DNA of 64,000 nucleotides from Chloroflexota bacterium. GTDB lineage: Bacteria > Chloroflexota > Anaerolineae > UBA4142. Location: contig JBBITT010000002.1 in the NCBI GenBank assembly GCA_037440625.1, positions 22,837 through 86,836 on the forward strand, given 5' to 3'. The translations under genes were made by a program, and so were the position numbers. Of this stretch, positions 16,922 to 26,556 are shown piece after piece; the first letter of the stretch is position 1; the number at the start of each line of letters is the position of its first letter. A model generated the notes under the pieces. The model was not told where the DNA came from, searched no databases, and saw only the letters and a list, made by a program, of their open reading frames with translations.

Positions 16922-18082
16922 TTACCCCATCTGTTTTTCTGCGGCTGCCAGTCCGGCGCCCACCTCAAACTTGAATCCTGATGCTAGTAGCGCGCCTTCA
17001 ATGGCAGAGAGCGTGGCAGAGATGTCTGCCGGCGAAATCACGCCCATATGCCCCACGCGAAAATATTTTTCACGGATCGCCGGGTGCAAGCCGCCCGCGA
17101 CAACAATGCCGCGCTCGCGAATCTTGCCAATGAGTTTGGCGTCCAATCCTTCCGGAAAGTACGGCGCGGTCATTGTTGTTGCAGCGATCTCGTCGCGCAC
17201 AGCAACTTGGGTCAAGCCAATTGCTTGAATGCCGGCTTTGAAGGCATCGCTCAATTTTTTGTGCCGTGCTACACGTTGTTCCATCCCTTCGGCGAGAATC
17301 TGACGTAAACTTTCGTGCAAGGCGTAGATGAGGTTCACCGCCGGCGTACCAAAGTAGGCGGGCTTGCGCGCAATGTACGCTTGCATCACCGGCAACCAGT
17401 TCGACCAATCGGCATAATAACTGCCGACCGGCGTTTTGCGTTTCTGGAACGCTTCCATCGCACGCGGCGATGCCACAAGGAGCGCGAGACCGGGTGGCAC
17501 GCCAATCGCTTTTTGCGAGGCGGTGAAGGCGACATCAACGCCCCACGCTTCTTGTTGCAATTCCATTCCACCCACCGAACACACTCCATCTACGATGACC
17601 AGCGCATCGTGCTTGCGTCCGATCTGTGCAATCGCGCGAACATCTACGGCAACGCCGGTGGAGGTGTCCACGTGAGTCATTGTCAAAATCTTTGGTTTGA
17701 TTCGCGCAAGTTCGGCGTCAATTTGATCGAATGGGATCACATCGCCGATTTGGGCGCGCAACACGGTAACTTCTGCCCCATAGCGTTGCAAAATGTTTGC
17801 CATTCGATCGCCAAAGTAACCGGTAGAAATCACCATGGCGTGATCGCCCGGCTCGGTGAGGTTGGAGGCGGCAATGTCCATTGCCAGCGTGCCAGAACCG
17901 GCAATGACGAACGGTGTGCCGTTGGGCGCACCAAACACTTGCTTCATCCAATCGAGCGCCTCGCCAAAGCGGGCGATAAATTCCGGCGCAACGTGACTCG
18001 CCGTTGGCGCGCTCATCGCGCGCAAAACGCCGGGATCAAAGTTGATGGGACCGGGAATCATTAATAAATCTCGTTCGCTCAT
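16922..18082 (-). CDS. Class V aminotransferase (alanine-glyoxylate / serine-pyruvate type)
   Basis: PLP-Lys motif ..FTASQKAIGVPPGL.. and an AGXT-like N-terminal ..MIPGPINFDP... Confidence 0.88.
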   Translation of the reverse strand: MSERDLLMIPGPINFDPGVLRAMSAPTASHVAPEFIARFGEALDWMKQVFGAPNGTPFVIAGSGTLAMDIAASNLTEPGDHAMVISTGYFGDRMANILQRYGAEVTVLRAQIGDVIPFDQIDAELARIKPKILTMTHVDTSTGVAVDVRAIAQIGRKHDALVIVDGVCSVGGMELQQEAWGVDVAFTASQKAIGVPPGLALLVASPRAMEAFQKRKTPVGSYYADWSNWLPVMQAYIARKPAYFGTPAVNLIYALHESLRQILAEGMEQRVARHKKLSDAFKAGIQAIGLTQVAVRDEIAATTMTAPYFPEGLDAKLIGKIRERGIVVAGGLHPAIREKYFRVGHMGVISPADISATLSAIEGALLASGFKFEVGAGLAAAEKQMG

Positions 18083-18687
18083 TTTGCATCCTGTTTGATT
18101 GAAATTGGAATATGTTGACGTGAACGTTGGTTTGCCAAAAATTCACGTCGCGTGATTTCCATTTCGATGCCATCGTATTCACCTATCTCTGGTAAAAAGC
18201 GACGTACCATGCCGAGCGCGCGAAAGCCACATGCGGCAAAGCACCGTTGTGCGCGCAGGTTATCGGTAAAGGTAAATAGGTTGACGCGTTCCAGAGACGT
18301 TTTGTGAAAGACATGGTGCAAGAGTATGGTGATGGCTTCGCGTCCATAGCCCTTGTTCCATTCGCTGGTTTCACCGATGACGATGCCCAGTTCACCTTCG
18401 CGTTTACTCCAATCAATCATAAACACGCCGATCCGCCCAAGCAATTGCTCATCGCGCGTAACAATAAAGAACGCCAAACGATGATCGGCGGGATGGGCTT
18501 GATCTTTGCAGAGGCGCGTGCGAAATTCATCGAAGGATAGATCAGTGGCAACGCCACCGCTCCAACGCAAGACGCGTTCGTTGCGGCTCCACGCATAGAC
18601 GCGTGCGATCTGCAGATCGGTGAGTGTCTGTTCAAAGGGTTGCAAGCCGATGCGCTTGCCCCACAGAATCGTTGTGCGATCCATCAT
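18079..18687 (-). CDS. GNAT-family N-acetyltransferase (RimJ/RimL-like)
   Basis: Acetyltransf_3-like core ..IGETSEWNKGYGREA... The start was set at ATG 18687 (ATGA overlap with the NUDIX stop). The longer ORF N-terminus overlaps the NUDIX gene and was rejected. Confidence 0.75.
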   Translation of the reverse strand: MMDRTTILWGKRIGLQPFEQTLTDLQIARVYAWSRNERVLRWSGGVATDLSFDEFRTRLCKDQAHPADHRLAFFIVTRDEQLLGRIGVFMIDWSKREGELGIVIGETSEWNKGYGREAITILLHHVFHKTSLERVNLFTFTDNLRAQRCFAACGFRALGMVRRFLPEIGEYDGIEMEITRREFLANQRSRQHIPISIKQDAK

Positions 18688-19211
18688 TTGAGGAGCGAGG
18701 CGACCCGGAGCAAACCAATGATCGTTTTCGCATCCACGATTTCGCCCCGGGTAATTTGGGTCAACAAGCGATCCAAGGGGACGAGTTCGGCGTGAATGAG
18801 TTCGTCGTCTTCGGGATGGGCGGTGCCACGGGTCAGTTGACGGGCGAGATAGAGATTCATTTTTTCGGTGCAAAAGCCGGGGCTGGTGTAAAACATACCC
18901 AAAAATTCCCACTGCGCCGCGCGATAACCGGTTTCTTCTGACAGTTCGCGGTTGGCGCAGAGTAACGGGTCTTCGCCATTTTCCAGGGTGCCGGCTGGAA
19001 TTTCCAACATTTCGCGTCCTGCGCCGGAACGATATTGCCGTACCATCAGCACGCGATTCTGTTTGTCCAATGCCACAATCGCTACTGCGCCGCGATGTTC
19101 AACGATTTCGCGCACGACGATTTGGTGATTGTCCAACCGGACTTGGTCGAGCCGAAGTTTGAGAACATTGCCACGGTACAAGTATTCGCTCTGAATGATT
19201 TCTTCTTTCAT
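18684..19211 (-). CDS. NUDIX hydrolase (ADP-ribose pyrophosphatase-like)
   Basis: Nudix box GTLENGEDPLLCANRELSEETG. Confidence 0.88.
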   Translation of the reverse strand: MKEEIIQSEYLYRGNVLKLRLDQVRLDNHQIVVREIVEHRGAVAIVALDKQNRVLMVRQYRSGAGREMLEIPAGTLENGEDPLLCANRELSEETGYRAAQWEFLGMFYTSPGFCTEKMNLYLARQLTRGTAHPEDDELIHAELVPLDRLLTQITRGEIVDAKTIIGLLRVASLLK

Positions 19212-19228
19212 GTTTTGTCAGGCATAGC

Positions 19229-19268
19229 AAGAGAGGCGCATCCTTGAGTAAGGATGTGCGCCTCTCTT
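19229..19268 (-). terminator. Long stem-loop downstream of the LysM gene (weak T-tract)
   Basis: AGAGAGGCGCATCCTT gagt AAGGATGTGCGCCTCTCT, about 16-18 bp. Confidence 0.4.
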
Positions 19269-19287
19269 CGCGAGGGGCAACGTGAGT

Positions 19288-20124
19288 TTATTGTGGAACA
19301 ATCAGAACTTGGCCTGGGTAAATAAAGTGAGGATTCGCCAAGTTGTTCTTGATCTGGAAGGCATAAACAGTCGTGCGGAATTTGACGGCGATGGAAAAGA
19401 GCGTATCGCCCGGCTTGACCACGTATGTCCCGGCGGATGGTGGAGTGGTGCCGGAAGAATCGCCACCCGGGATGCTCAACTGCTGACCGGGATAAAGTAG
19501 GTTGGGTCGGATCCCTGGGTTTGCCGCGAGCAACGCGGCAACGGAAACGTTGAATTTACGCGCAATCGCATAAATCCAATCGCCGCGTTGAACGGTATAG
19601 GTGGAAGGTGTGCCGCTTGCCGATGAGGTGGACGATGAAGCGGACGACGAAGACGCTGAGGATGAGCCATCGCCGGTGGGCAAGTTGATCACTTGACCCG
19701 GATAAATCAAATTGGGATTGAGTCCTGGGTTGACGGCTAGAATGGCTTGGACAGTCACGCCGTGTTCCGCCGCAATCTTGTTCAACCAATCGCCCCACTT
19801 GACGGTGTAGGTGCTGGGAGTGCCGGTGGCAGGGGTGGGAATGGGTGTGGGTGTAACGGTGGGCACCGGCGTGCTACTGGCTACCGATGATGCGGATGAA
19901 GATGAAGCCGCGCTTGGCGTGGAAATAGTACTTGAGATGGAAGAACTGACGCTGGATGCAGAGGCGGACGATGATGCGCTAGCGCTGCTACTGGACGAGA
20001 CCACAATCCGCAGATCAGGTGTGGGTTCTGGAGGCTTGTCGCGGGTGCAAGCCGTTGCGCCCAAAGCGATCAGTGCAACAAACATCAGCAGGTAAAATCG
20101 TTTGACCAAGGTAACCTCAGACAT
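19288..20124 (-). CDS. Lipoprotein with three LysM domains and Ser-rich linkers
   Basis: Lipobox-like ..LGATAC... Three repeats of Y(T/V)V+xGDxL..IA......L...N......IYPGQ, separated by poly-Ser/Ala tracts. Confidence 0.85.
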   Translation of the reverse strand: MSEVTLVKRFYLLMFVALIALGATACTRDKPPEPTPDLRIVVSSSSSASASSSASASSVSSSISSTISTPSAASSSSASSVASSTPVPTVTPTPIPTPATGTPSTYTVKWGDWLNKIAAEHGVTVQAILAVNPGLNPNLIYPGQVINLPTGDGSSSASSSSASSSTSSASGTPSTYTVQRGDWIYAIARKFNVSVAALLAANPGIRPNLLYPGQQLSIPGGDSSGTTPPSAGTYVVKPGDTLFSIAVKFRTTVYAFQIKNNLANPHFIYPGQVLIVPQ

Positions 20125-20233
20125 GGCGAATCCTCCGTTTTGAGAAAATGGAGTCGCCGGGTTGCATAAGACATATTAGCACAAGATATACCGGGTGTCA
20201 AGCATCGTTTTGACCATTTTTCCAAAAGGGTCT

Positions 20234-21631
20234 TTATTTAGCCGGCACGGCGACTTGGCCATTGATGATCACCCCGCGAACATTGTTCATCGCCTCGAGA
20301 TTTTTCAGCGGGTTGCCCTCGACGATAATCACATCGGCGAGTTTGCCCGGCGTCAGGGTGCCCAATTCGTGGCTGTGTCCACACACGCGTGCGGCGTAGA
20401 GTGTGCCGGCTTGAATCACTTCCATCGGCGTCAAGCCCGCCTCCAAGAGCCGGCGCATTTCTTGAACCGGCATCCACGTGCGGGAATCCGACGCCGAATC
20501 ATCGCCCAAGGCAACGCTGCCGCCCATTTGATGGAAACGATAGACTGGTGTCAGAGCATATTTGCGACAGAGTATCTTGCGCTCTGCTCGGACGGCGTAC
20601 GATTCGCACCAGGTGATGATCTTGTCGAGCGTGGGTGTCATGATGATGTTGTGTTGTACGATGCGCGCGAGTTGGGCTTCGTACGCGGCGGAGAGATCGG
20701 CATAGTCCGGTGAGTTGGTGCGAAAATCAATATCTTCCAGACGAGGCAGTGGTACGTGTTCGAGAGCATCCACGCCGCTCTCTAGCGCTAGATCGAGCAT
20801 TTCAGCGGTCCCGAGATGCGCGCGAACGAGTTTGCCTTCTTGGTGTGCCTGATCAACGATGGCTTGAAGTTCGGCGAGATTGAGATTGGGAATCACATCG
20901 CGTTCAGCGGTGAGCCAAGGGAGTTTCCAATTCCACGGTTCGAGTGCGATCTTGATGTAATCGGCGCCACGGCGCACAAGGTCGGAGACAGCGAGCCGGG
21001 CTTCCCGTGGATTGGTGACGGCATACAAGAGTTCGGGTGAGCCGGGATAGCCGTTGGGGGCATTGATGATGGGTCCAGAGAAAAAGCCACGCGCCGTGAT
21101 TCCGTAACTACTTGGGCTTTGCGCACGCGCAATGGCAGTCAACGACGAGCCCGTATCGCAGACCGAGGTTACGCCGCGGTTGAGGAAATAAAATTGGCGC
21201 ACCAAGGGCGACGCCGCATCGTGGACGTGAGCGTTGATGATGCCGGGCATAATCGTGTTCCCTTGCGCATCAACGATGTTGGCTTGAGCGGGAATGGCAA
21301 AATCGGCGGCACGTCCTACAGCGGCAATCTTGTTCTGAGAAATAATGACGATACCATTGGCAATCGGGGGTGCGCCGGTGCCATCTATCACGATGCCGTT
21401 GGTGATCACGAGCGAATCAGTTGGCACCGGGCGTGGGGTGGCCGTGGGCAAGGGAGGGGGCGTGGTTGGAGCGCGTACGCATGCAACGAGAGAGATGATG
21501 AGCCCCACCAAAATCGCCCCGAGTTTTTTGAGCGGCTTGCCTATTCGATCATCATCCAATCTGGATGATGGATAAAACAACTGATCCATAAGTGGCTCCT
21601 GCCCAAGTGATGATGCTTGGCAGAGAGACAA
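20234..21631 (-). CDS. Amidohydrolase-family metal-dependent hydrolase, N-terminal anchor
   Basis: Contains ..GIINAHVHD.. (HxH) and C-terminal ..GTLTPGKLADVIIVEGNPL... The start is uncertain (M1 or M15). Confidence 0.8.
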   Translation of the reverse strand: MSLCQASSLGQEPLMDQLFYPSSRLDDDRIGKPLKKLGAILVGLIISLVACVRAPTTPPPLPTATPRPVPTDSLVITNGIVIDGTGAPPIANGIVIISQNKIAAVGRAADFAIPAQANIVDAQGNTIMPGIINAHVHDAASPLVRQFYFLNRGVTSVCDTGSSLTAIARAQSPSSYGITARGFFSGPIINAPNGYPGSPELLYAVTNPREARLAVSDLVRRGADYIKIALEPWNWKLPWLTAERDVIPNLNLAELQAIVDQAHQEGKLVRAHLGTAEMLDLALESGVDALEHVPLPRLEDIDFRTNSPDYADLSAAYEAQLARIVQHNIIMTPTLDKIITWCESYAVRAERKILCRKYALTPVYRFHQMGGSVALGDDSASDSRTWMPVQEMRRLLEAGLTPMEVIQAGTLYAARVCGHSHELGTLTPGKLADVIIVEGNPLKNLEAMNNVRGVIINGQVAVPAK

Positions 21632-21679
21632 AGGTGGCGCAAGTATAGCACAGTGAGGGGGAAATACAAGAGGGTGCGG

Positions 21680-22948
21680 TTAGGCTTTGTACAAGATCAC
21701 CACGCGATTGGTGTTGGTGCCGCGTGTGTTGTTATGGATGCCCCAGATGTTTGCAGTCTTGGTAAAACATTGCCGATTGACCAAGATACCTTGACATTGG
21801 AATCCTGCTTTTACACCCAGCGGCACAACGTGCTCATCGAGGTTGACTTTGCCTTTGCGTACTTCACCCACCTCGAATGCAACCCAGCCGCCTTGCTGTG
21901 TAATGCGGTATAGTTCGCGGAACACATCCTGCATCACTACAGCCCACTCATCAATATTCTTTGTGGTTGTCATTCTTCTCGCGACCTCTTTTTCATCAAT
22001 GCCATTAAACCAACAACGCAACCAGTTGTCTTGGGCGTACTGCACCACATCGAGAAACGGGGGCGAGGTAACCGTGAGTTGCACACTGTTTGTCGGAATC
22101 TCTTGAGTGCGTCGTGCATCGGTGGTCAAAAAACATGCATGTTCGCCAGCGCGGAGTAGATTTTCGATTTCTTGGATGGTCAAGTCCTTGGTGAGTTGCC
22201 GCGATTTTTTGAGAATGATCGTACGGGTATTGCGGTACGGCGGCGTTTGTTTGCGGAGACGATTGATCTTTCTCTGCCGGCTTGGCGAAACGGCTTGATT
22301 CGGTGGCAAGGTATAGACCGAAAAGAAACCACTAGAATGCCCCGTCAAGCGGTTTGTTGCCACCATCCGAATCCACGCATCCAGATGATCGGCGCGCCCG
22401 GTGGCGTAACGCTCTAGCAGATACTCGCGCAGCGAAACGATCTCCCGCAAAGTTTCGGGATGATAGAACATCGAAAGGTCAATCTCTGTCGTGACCTTTT
22501 TCAAAAGCGGAATGGCATCCAGGCGCTTTGCCAAATCATCCAGCGTAGGAACAAAAAAGCGGGGAGCCGACAAAATCGCCGAGAGAGGGTTAATGTCATT
22601 GGCGATCACATTGCGCCCCAGTAACCCTGCTTCAATCACCGTGGTGCCGCGTCCGCTGAATGGATCGTAAACAATGTCGCCGGGGCGAGTGAGCAACTCG
22701 ATAAAGAATCTTGGCAATTGTGGTTTAAAACATGCGCGATAGGCAATTTCGTGCAGAGACGATGCCTGACGCTGACGCGCGGTCCAGAATTCGTTGACGA
22801 ATTTGGGGATGGGTTGTTCGTCAATCGTCACGTGTTCGGTGTGCGTACGCTGACCGGTATCGGATAATTTGAACGTGGGCAAGTAGGTGGCAAAGTCGAA
22901 TGTTCGGATACTCATCTCACGCGCATCATACGCGAGATGCAAGGACAA
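21680..22948 (-). CDS. Site-specific DNA methyltransferase (N4-C/N6-A type), orphan
   Basis: AdoMet motif ..GDIVYDPFSGRGTTVIEA.. near residue 95, and catalytic ..TVTSPPFLD.. near residue 300. No nuclease gene is adjacent. Confidence 0.75.
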   Translation of the reverse strand: MSLHLAYDAREMSIRTFDFATYLPTFKLSDTGQRTHTEHVTIDEQPIPKFVNEFWTARQRQASSLHEIAYRACFKPQLPRFFIELLTRPGDIVYDPFSGRGTTVIEAGLLGRNVIANDINPLSAILSAPRFFVPTLDDLAKRLDAIPLLKKVTTEIDLSMFYHPETLREIVSLREYLLERYATGRADHLDAWIRMVATNRLTGHSSGFFSVYTLPPNQAVSPSRQRKINRLRKQTPPYRNTRTIILKKSRQLTKDLTIQEIENLLRAGEHACFLTTDARRTQEIPTNSVQLTVTSPPFLDVVQYAQDNWLRCWFNGIDEKEVARRMTTTKNIDEWAVVMQDVFRELYRITQQGGWVAFEVGEVRKGKVNLDEHVVPLGVKAGFQCQGILVNRQCFTKTANIWGIHNNTRGTNTNRVVILYKA

Positions 22949-22963
22949 GTCAATCTGCTCTAT

Positions 22964-24136
22964 CTACGGCTTACTGCCTCCTGCCGCTTGCACCGCGTAC
23001 CCCGTCATCTCCACAAATCCTCTGCCGGTCACTGGCTTGCTGTTCGACTGTCCACTGACATCCACCGCGCCTTCCCAGTACACAATCGAAACCTTCATCT
23101 CTTGATCGGCAACAATCGGTATCAACTCCAACTCAATACCCGCCGAGGGAACGTTGATCTTCCATCGCGCCGGGTACGTCGCGCGAGTGGGGCTACTCGT
23201 CCACGTGGATAGCACCTTGATATCAAATTGATCGCGCGCGAGGTGGTGCGTTGCACCTTCCGGTTCGACGAGTGTCCCAGACGACATTGGTTCGATACTG
23301 CCATCTTTTTGACGAATCTGAAACAGCATCAGTTCACGATTGTCGTTCAGTTGAATCGAGAACCAGTCCCAGCCCACGGCGTTCTCGCCCAGCACCGCCG
23401 TGCTCCACTCGTGATCCATCCACGATTCACCGCGCACGTTCAACGTTTCGCCATTCACTGTTATCGTTCCTTGCGTTTCCATCCGCGTGAACGAAAGATA
23501 GTACGAAGCGTTTCCAACCTCGGCGGATTTTTGCGACAAGCCACGGTCGCCGTGCAAGACGATGGGTTTGATCGAGGCGAGGGTCAGGTTGAGTGCGTAC
23601 CCTTCATCTTCGGCGAAGAGTTGCACGCGGCTGCCATCAACGTTGAGCGAGGTTGCATTCCAGTGTTCAATCCACACGCGAAATGGATTCCCGGTGGCGC
23701 CCGCCAATCCCGCCGCGCCACGGCTGAATCGTTCGCTGGCTTGATGTGAATTGTGTTGGGCATCGGTCAGCGCAAAATGCGCAAAGTAAATTTGGTTCGT
23801 TGCCCAGTCCGATGGGCGGGGTGTGATGGTGGGTGTAATTGCGCGGCGAAAGAAGGTGAGTTGGTAACCCAAGCGACGTCCGTCGGTGGATTCCAGATTG
23901 CCAGTGTAGTACCACCACTCGGTTTGAAATTCCGGATGCGGTCCGTGATCGTCGGGGAATGTGAACGCGCGCACGCGGTCTGCCCGCGCATAGCCCGCGA
24001 TGCTTGGATTGGCTTGCAATCCAATAATCGCCGCACTGATTTGCGGCGATTGCGTCACATTCAAGAAAATCAAAACAGTGATGCCGATCCCAACGACGAA
24101 AACAAACCCAAGAATAGATTTTTTCATTTCACTCAT
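22964..24136 (-). CDS. AttH / CrtC (carotenoid 1,2-hydratase)-like lipocalin-fold protein, signal anchor
   Basis: Contains ..FPDDHGPHPEFQTEWWYYTGNL.. and ..SYYLSFTRM.., typical of the AttH/CrtC family. Confidence 0.75.
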   Translation of the reverse strand: MSEMKKSILGFVFVVGIGITVLIFLNVTQSPQISAAIIGLQANPSIAGYARADRVRAFTFPDDHGPHPEFQTEWWYYTGNLESTDGRRLGYQLTFFRRAITPTITPRPSDWATNQIYFAHFALTDAQHNSHQASERFSRGAAGLAGATGNPFRVWIEHWNATSLNVDGSRVQLFAEDEGYALNLTLASIKPIVLHGDRGLSQKSAEVGNASYYLSFTRMETQGTITVNGETLNVRGESWMDHEWSTAVLGENAVGWDWFSIQLNDNRELMLFQIRQKDGSIEPMSSGTLVEPEGATHHLARDQFDIKVLSTWTSSPTRATYPARWKINVPSAGIELELIPIVADQEMKVSIVYWEGAVDVSGQSNSKPVTGRGFVEMTGYAVQAAGGSKP

Positions 24137-24887
24137 TCAATTTGATGCTTGCCACTTGATCCAGCAACCACACCACGTCGCCATTCACCGGTTGAATGTG
24201 TTGCGCCGGCAAATCATCGGGATGATCCGCATCGCGCAACACCGCGCGCACGATGTCCGCTTTGTCTGCACCGGCAACGAGCCACACGATATTTTTTGCG
24301 GCATTGATGACCGGCACAGTCAACGTGATGCGATGCGTTTCCAGTTTCTCGACGTACACGGCGGCGACCCAGCGTTCCGTTTCATCCAAAACGTTCGTGT
24401 GTGGAAAGAGCGAGGCGGTGTGTCCGTCGGTACCAAGACCTAGGAGAATAAGGTCGAACGACGGAAGATTGACTTGCGTGTCTTGGGATTGAAAAAAATT
24501 CCGCAGTTCGCTTTCGTATTCGCGCGCGGCATCGTCCGGTACAAGTTCGGCATGGATACGATGCACGTTTGGGTCAGGTACAGAAATTTTAGAGAGCAAG
24601 GCTTCGCGCGCCATTCGATAGTTGCTGTCCGCATGATTGGGAGGGACGGCGCGCTCATCGCCCCAGAAAAAATGGACGCGGGTCCAATCCACTTGCGTTG
24701 CAAATTCCGGCATTGCCAGCAATGCGTACAAATCGCGCGGGGTTGAGCCGCCGGAGAGTGCCACGGTAAATCGTCCGCGCGATTCGATTGCCGTGTGTGC
24801 CAGGGTAACAAATCGCCGCGCGGCGTCTCGCGCCAACGCGGCACGGTCGGGCAAGATCACAATTGTTGGGTTAGGTCTTGAAATCAT
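24129..24887 (-). CDS. pgl: 6-phosphogluconolactonase
   Basis: Contains ..LSGGSTP.. and ..LLGLGTDGHTASLFP... Confidence 0.9.
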   Translation of the reverse strand: MISRPNPTIVILPDRAALARDAARRFVTLAHTAIESRGRFTVALSGGSTPRDLYALLAMPEFATQVDWTRVHFFWGDERAVPPNHADSNYRMAREALLSKISVPDPNVHRIHAELVPDDAAREYESELRNFFQSQDTQVNLPSFDLILLGLGTDGHTASLFPHTNVLDETERWVAAVYVEKLETHRITLTVPVINAAKNIVWLVAGADKADIVRAVLRDADHPDDLPAQHIQPVNGDVVWLLDQVASIKLNE

Positions 24888-24917
24888 AACTGATGTTACG
24901 CGGTCAATGATTGGTTC

Positions 24918-24986
24918 ACCACAGAGATCACAGAGTTCACTGAGGTTTCTATGTTTTTTCTCTGCGTTCTCTGTGTGCTCTGTGGT
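24918..24986. repeat. Inverted nonamer-array element (CACAGAG family B) between zwf and pgl
   Basis: Left arm is ACCACAGAG ATCACAGAG TTCACTGAG (24918-24944). Right arm is TTCTCTGCG TTCTCTGTG TGCTCTGTG GT (24958-24986). Confidence 0.7.
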
Positions 24987-25029
24987 AAAATCGCGTAAGG
25001 TGAGATCATAAATCTACAATCTAAAATTC

Positions 25030-26556
25030 CTACGGTTCGTGCCACGTGCGTCCATCGCGCGCGAGCAAATTATCGGCGGCGCGCGGGCCCCAGGTGCCGG
25101 CGGCATAGTTCGGAAAATTCGGCGAAGGCGAGTTTTGCCAGTACTCTAAAATCGGTGTCATGAGTGACCAAGCGAGTTCCACTTCGTCTTTGCGATTGAA
25201 CAAGGTGGAATCGCCACGCATCGCATCGAGCAACAGGGTTTCGTACGCTTCGCCCGGCACGCTCCCAAACGCCGTCTTGTAAAAGAAATCCATCTTGACA
25301 TCGCGCAAACGAATGATTTGCCCGGGAAGTTTGGCGGCAAAGCGCAAGTTGATGCCCTCATCCGGTTGTAGTCGTATCTCTAGAATGTTGGGTTCAATTC
25401 CTTCAAACACTTCTTGCGCAAAGAGTGGGTGCGGCACCGATTTGAATTGAATCATAATCTCGGTGCAGCGACGCGGCAGACGTTTGCCGGTGCGCAGGTA
25501 GAAGGGCACCCCTGCCCAGCGCCAATTGTCAATCGCCAGTTTGAGTGCGACGTACGTTTCCGTGCACGATTCCGGATCCACGCGCGGCTCTTGGCGATAA
25601 CCCGGGAAATTGTTGCCGGGACCGTACTGGCCGCGCACGACTTGGGCATTGATCTCTTCCGGCAAAAGCGGATTGATGGCGCGCAACACTTTGACTTTTT
25701 CATTGTGCACCGATTCGGCATCGAAGGAGACGGGCGGCTCCATCGCCGTGAGCGCGACGAGTTGCAAGAGATGCGATTGTACCATATCGCGCAGTGCGCC
25801 GGCGGTATCGTAATAACCGCCGCGCTCTTCGATGCCGACTGATTCCGCCGCCGTGATTTGCACATGATCCACGTAATTCCGATTCCATAACGGCTCGAAG
25901 ATGGCGTTAGCGAAACGAAAGACCAAAATGTTTTGCACGGTCTCTTTGCCAAGGTAATGATCAATGCGATACACTTGCGACTCGTCAAAAACCGCGAGCA
26001 CTTGGCGATTGAGTTCTTGCGCGCTGACCAGATCGCGTCCAAAGGGCTTTTCGATGATGATGCGTGTCCAGCCCTTGGATTGTGCCAGCCCGGCATCGCC
26101 CAGTTGTTTGACGATGAGCGGATAAAATTCCGGCGCGGTTGCCAAATAAAACAAGCGATTGCCTTCCGTGCCGCGTTCAGCGTCAAGGCGATTGAGTAAA
26201 TCGCCGAGTGCAACGTAACCATTCAAATCGTGGAACTCGGCGCGATGATAGTACAAACCACGTGCGAACTTGTCCCAGCGATCTGGGTTATTCATCGGAT
26301 TGTTGCGCGCGAACTTGGTCACCGCTTGACGCATCTCGGCGCGAAAATCCTCGGATGATTTTTCGCGGCGGGCAAAGCCAACGATGGTGAATCCGTCCGG
26401 CAAACGTCGGTCGCAGTACAAATCGAATAAGGCCGGCACAAGTTTGCGATGCGTGAGATCGCCGGTTGCCCCGAAGATGACCAGCGTGGTGGGGGGTGGA
26501 ATGCGGATGCCGGTCGTGCCGGCACGCGGCGGCGTAACGATAGGTTCAGATGTCAT
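25030..26556 (-). CDS. zwf: Glucose-6-phosphate dehydrogenase
   Basis: Contains ..[12 protein letters not shown].. and ..RIDHYLGKE... Confidence 0.93.
   Translation of the reverse strand: MTSEPIVTPPRAGTTGIRIPPPTTLVIFGATGDLTHRKLVPALFDLYCDRRLPDGFTIVGFARREKSSEDFRAEMRQAVTKFARNNPMNNPDRWDKFARGLYYHRAEFHDLNGYVALGDLLNRLDAERGTEGNRLFYLATAPEFYPLIVKQLGDAGLAQSKGWTRIIIEKPFGRDLVSAQELNRQVLAVFDESQVYRIDHYLGKETVQNILVFRFANAIFEPLWNRNYVDHVQITAAESVGIEERGGYYDTAGALRDMVQSHLLQLVALTAMEPPVSFDAESVHNEKVKVLRAINPLLPEEINAQVVRGQYGPGNNFPGYRQEPRVDPESCTETYVALKLAIDNWRWAGVPFYLRTGKRLPRRCTEIMIQFKSVPHPLFAQEVFEGIEPNILEIRLQPDEGINLRFAAKLPGQIIRLRDVKMDFFYKTAFGSVPGEAYETLLLDAMRGDSTLFNRKDEVELAWSLMTPILEYWQNSPSPNFPNYAAGTWGPRAADNLLARDGRTWHEP

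Noticed and set aside
19560-20010. Ser-codon-rich stretches in the LysM gene as hypervariable or contingency repeats
   Set aside because: They encode Ser/Ala-rich linkers between three well-formed LysM domains. The codons are heterogeneous (no perfect nucleotide repeat), so slippage-based phase variation is not supported.
21680-22948. Restriction-modification or other defence system around the DNA methyltransferase
   Set aside because: The flanking genes are an amidohydrolase and an AttH/CrtC-like protein in a metabolic operon. No endonuclease, helicase, specificity subunit or mobile-element gene is present, so only an orphan methyltransferase can be supported.
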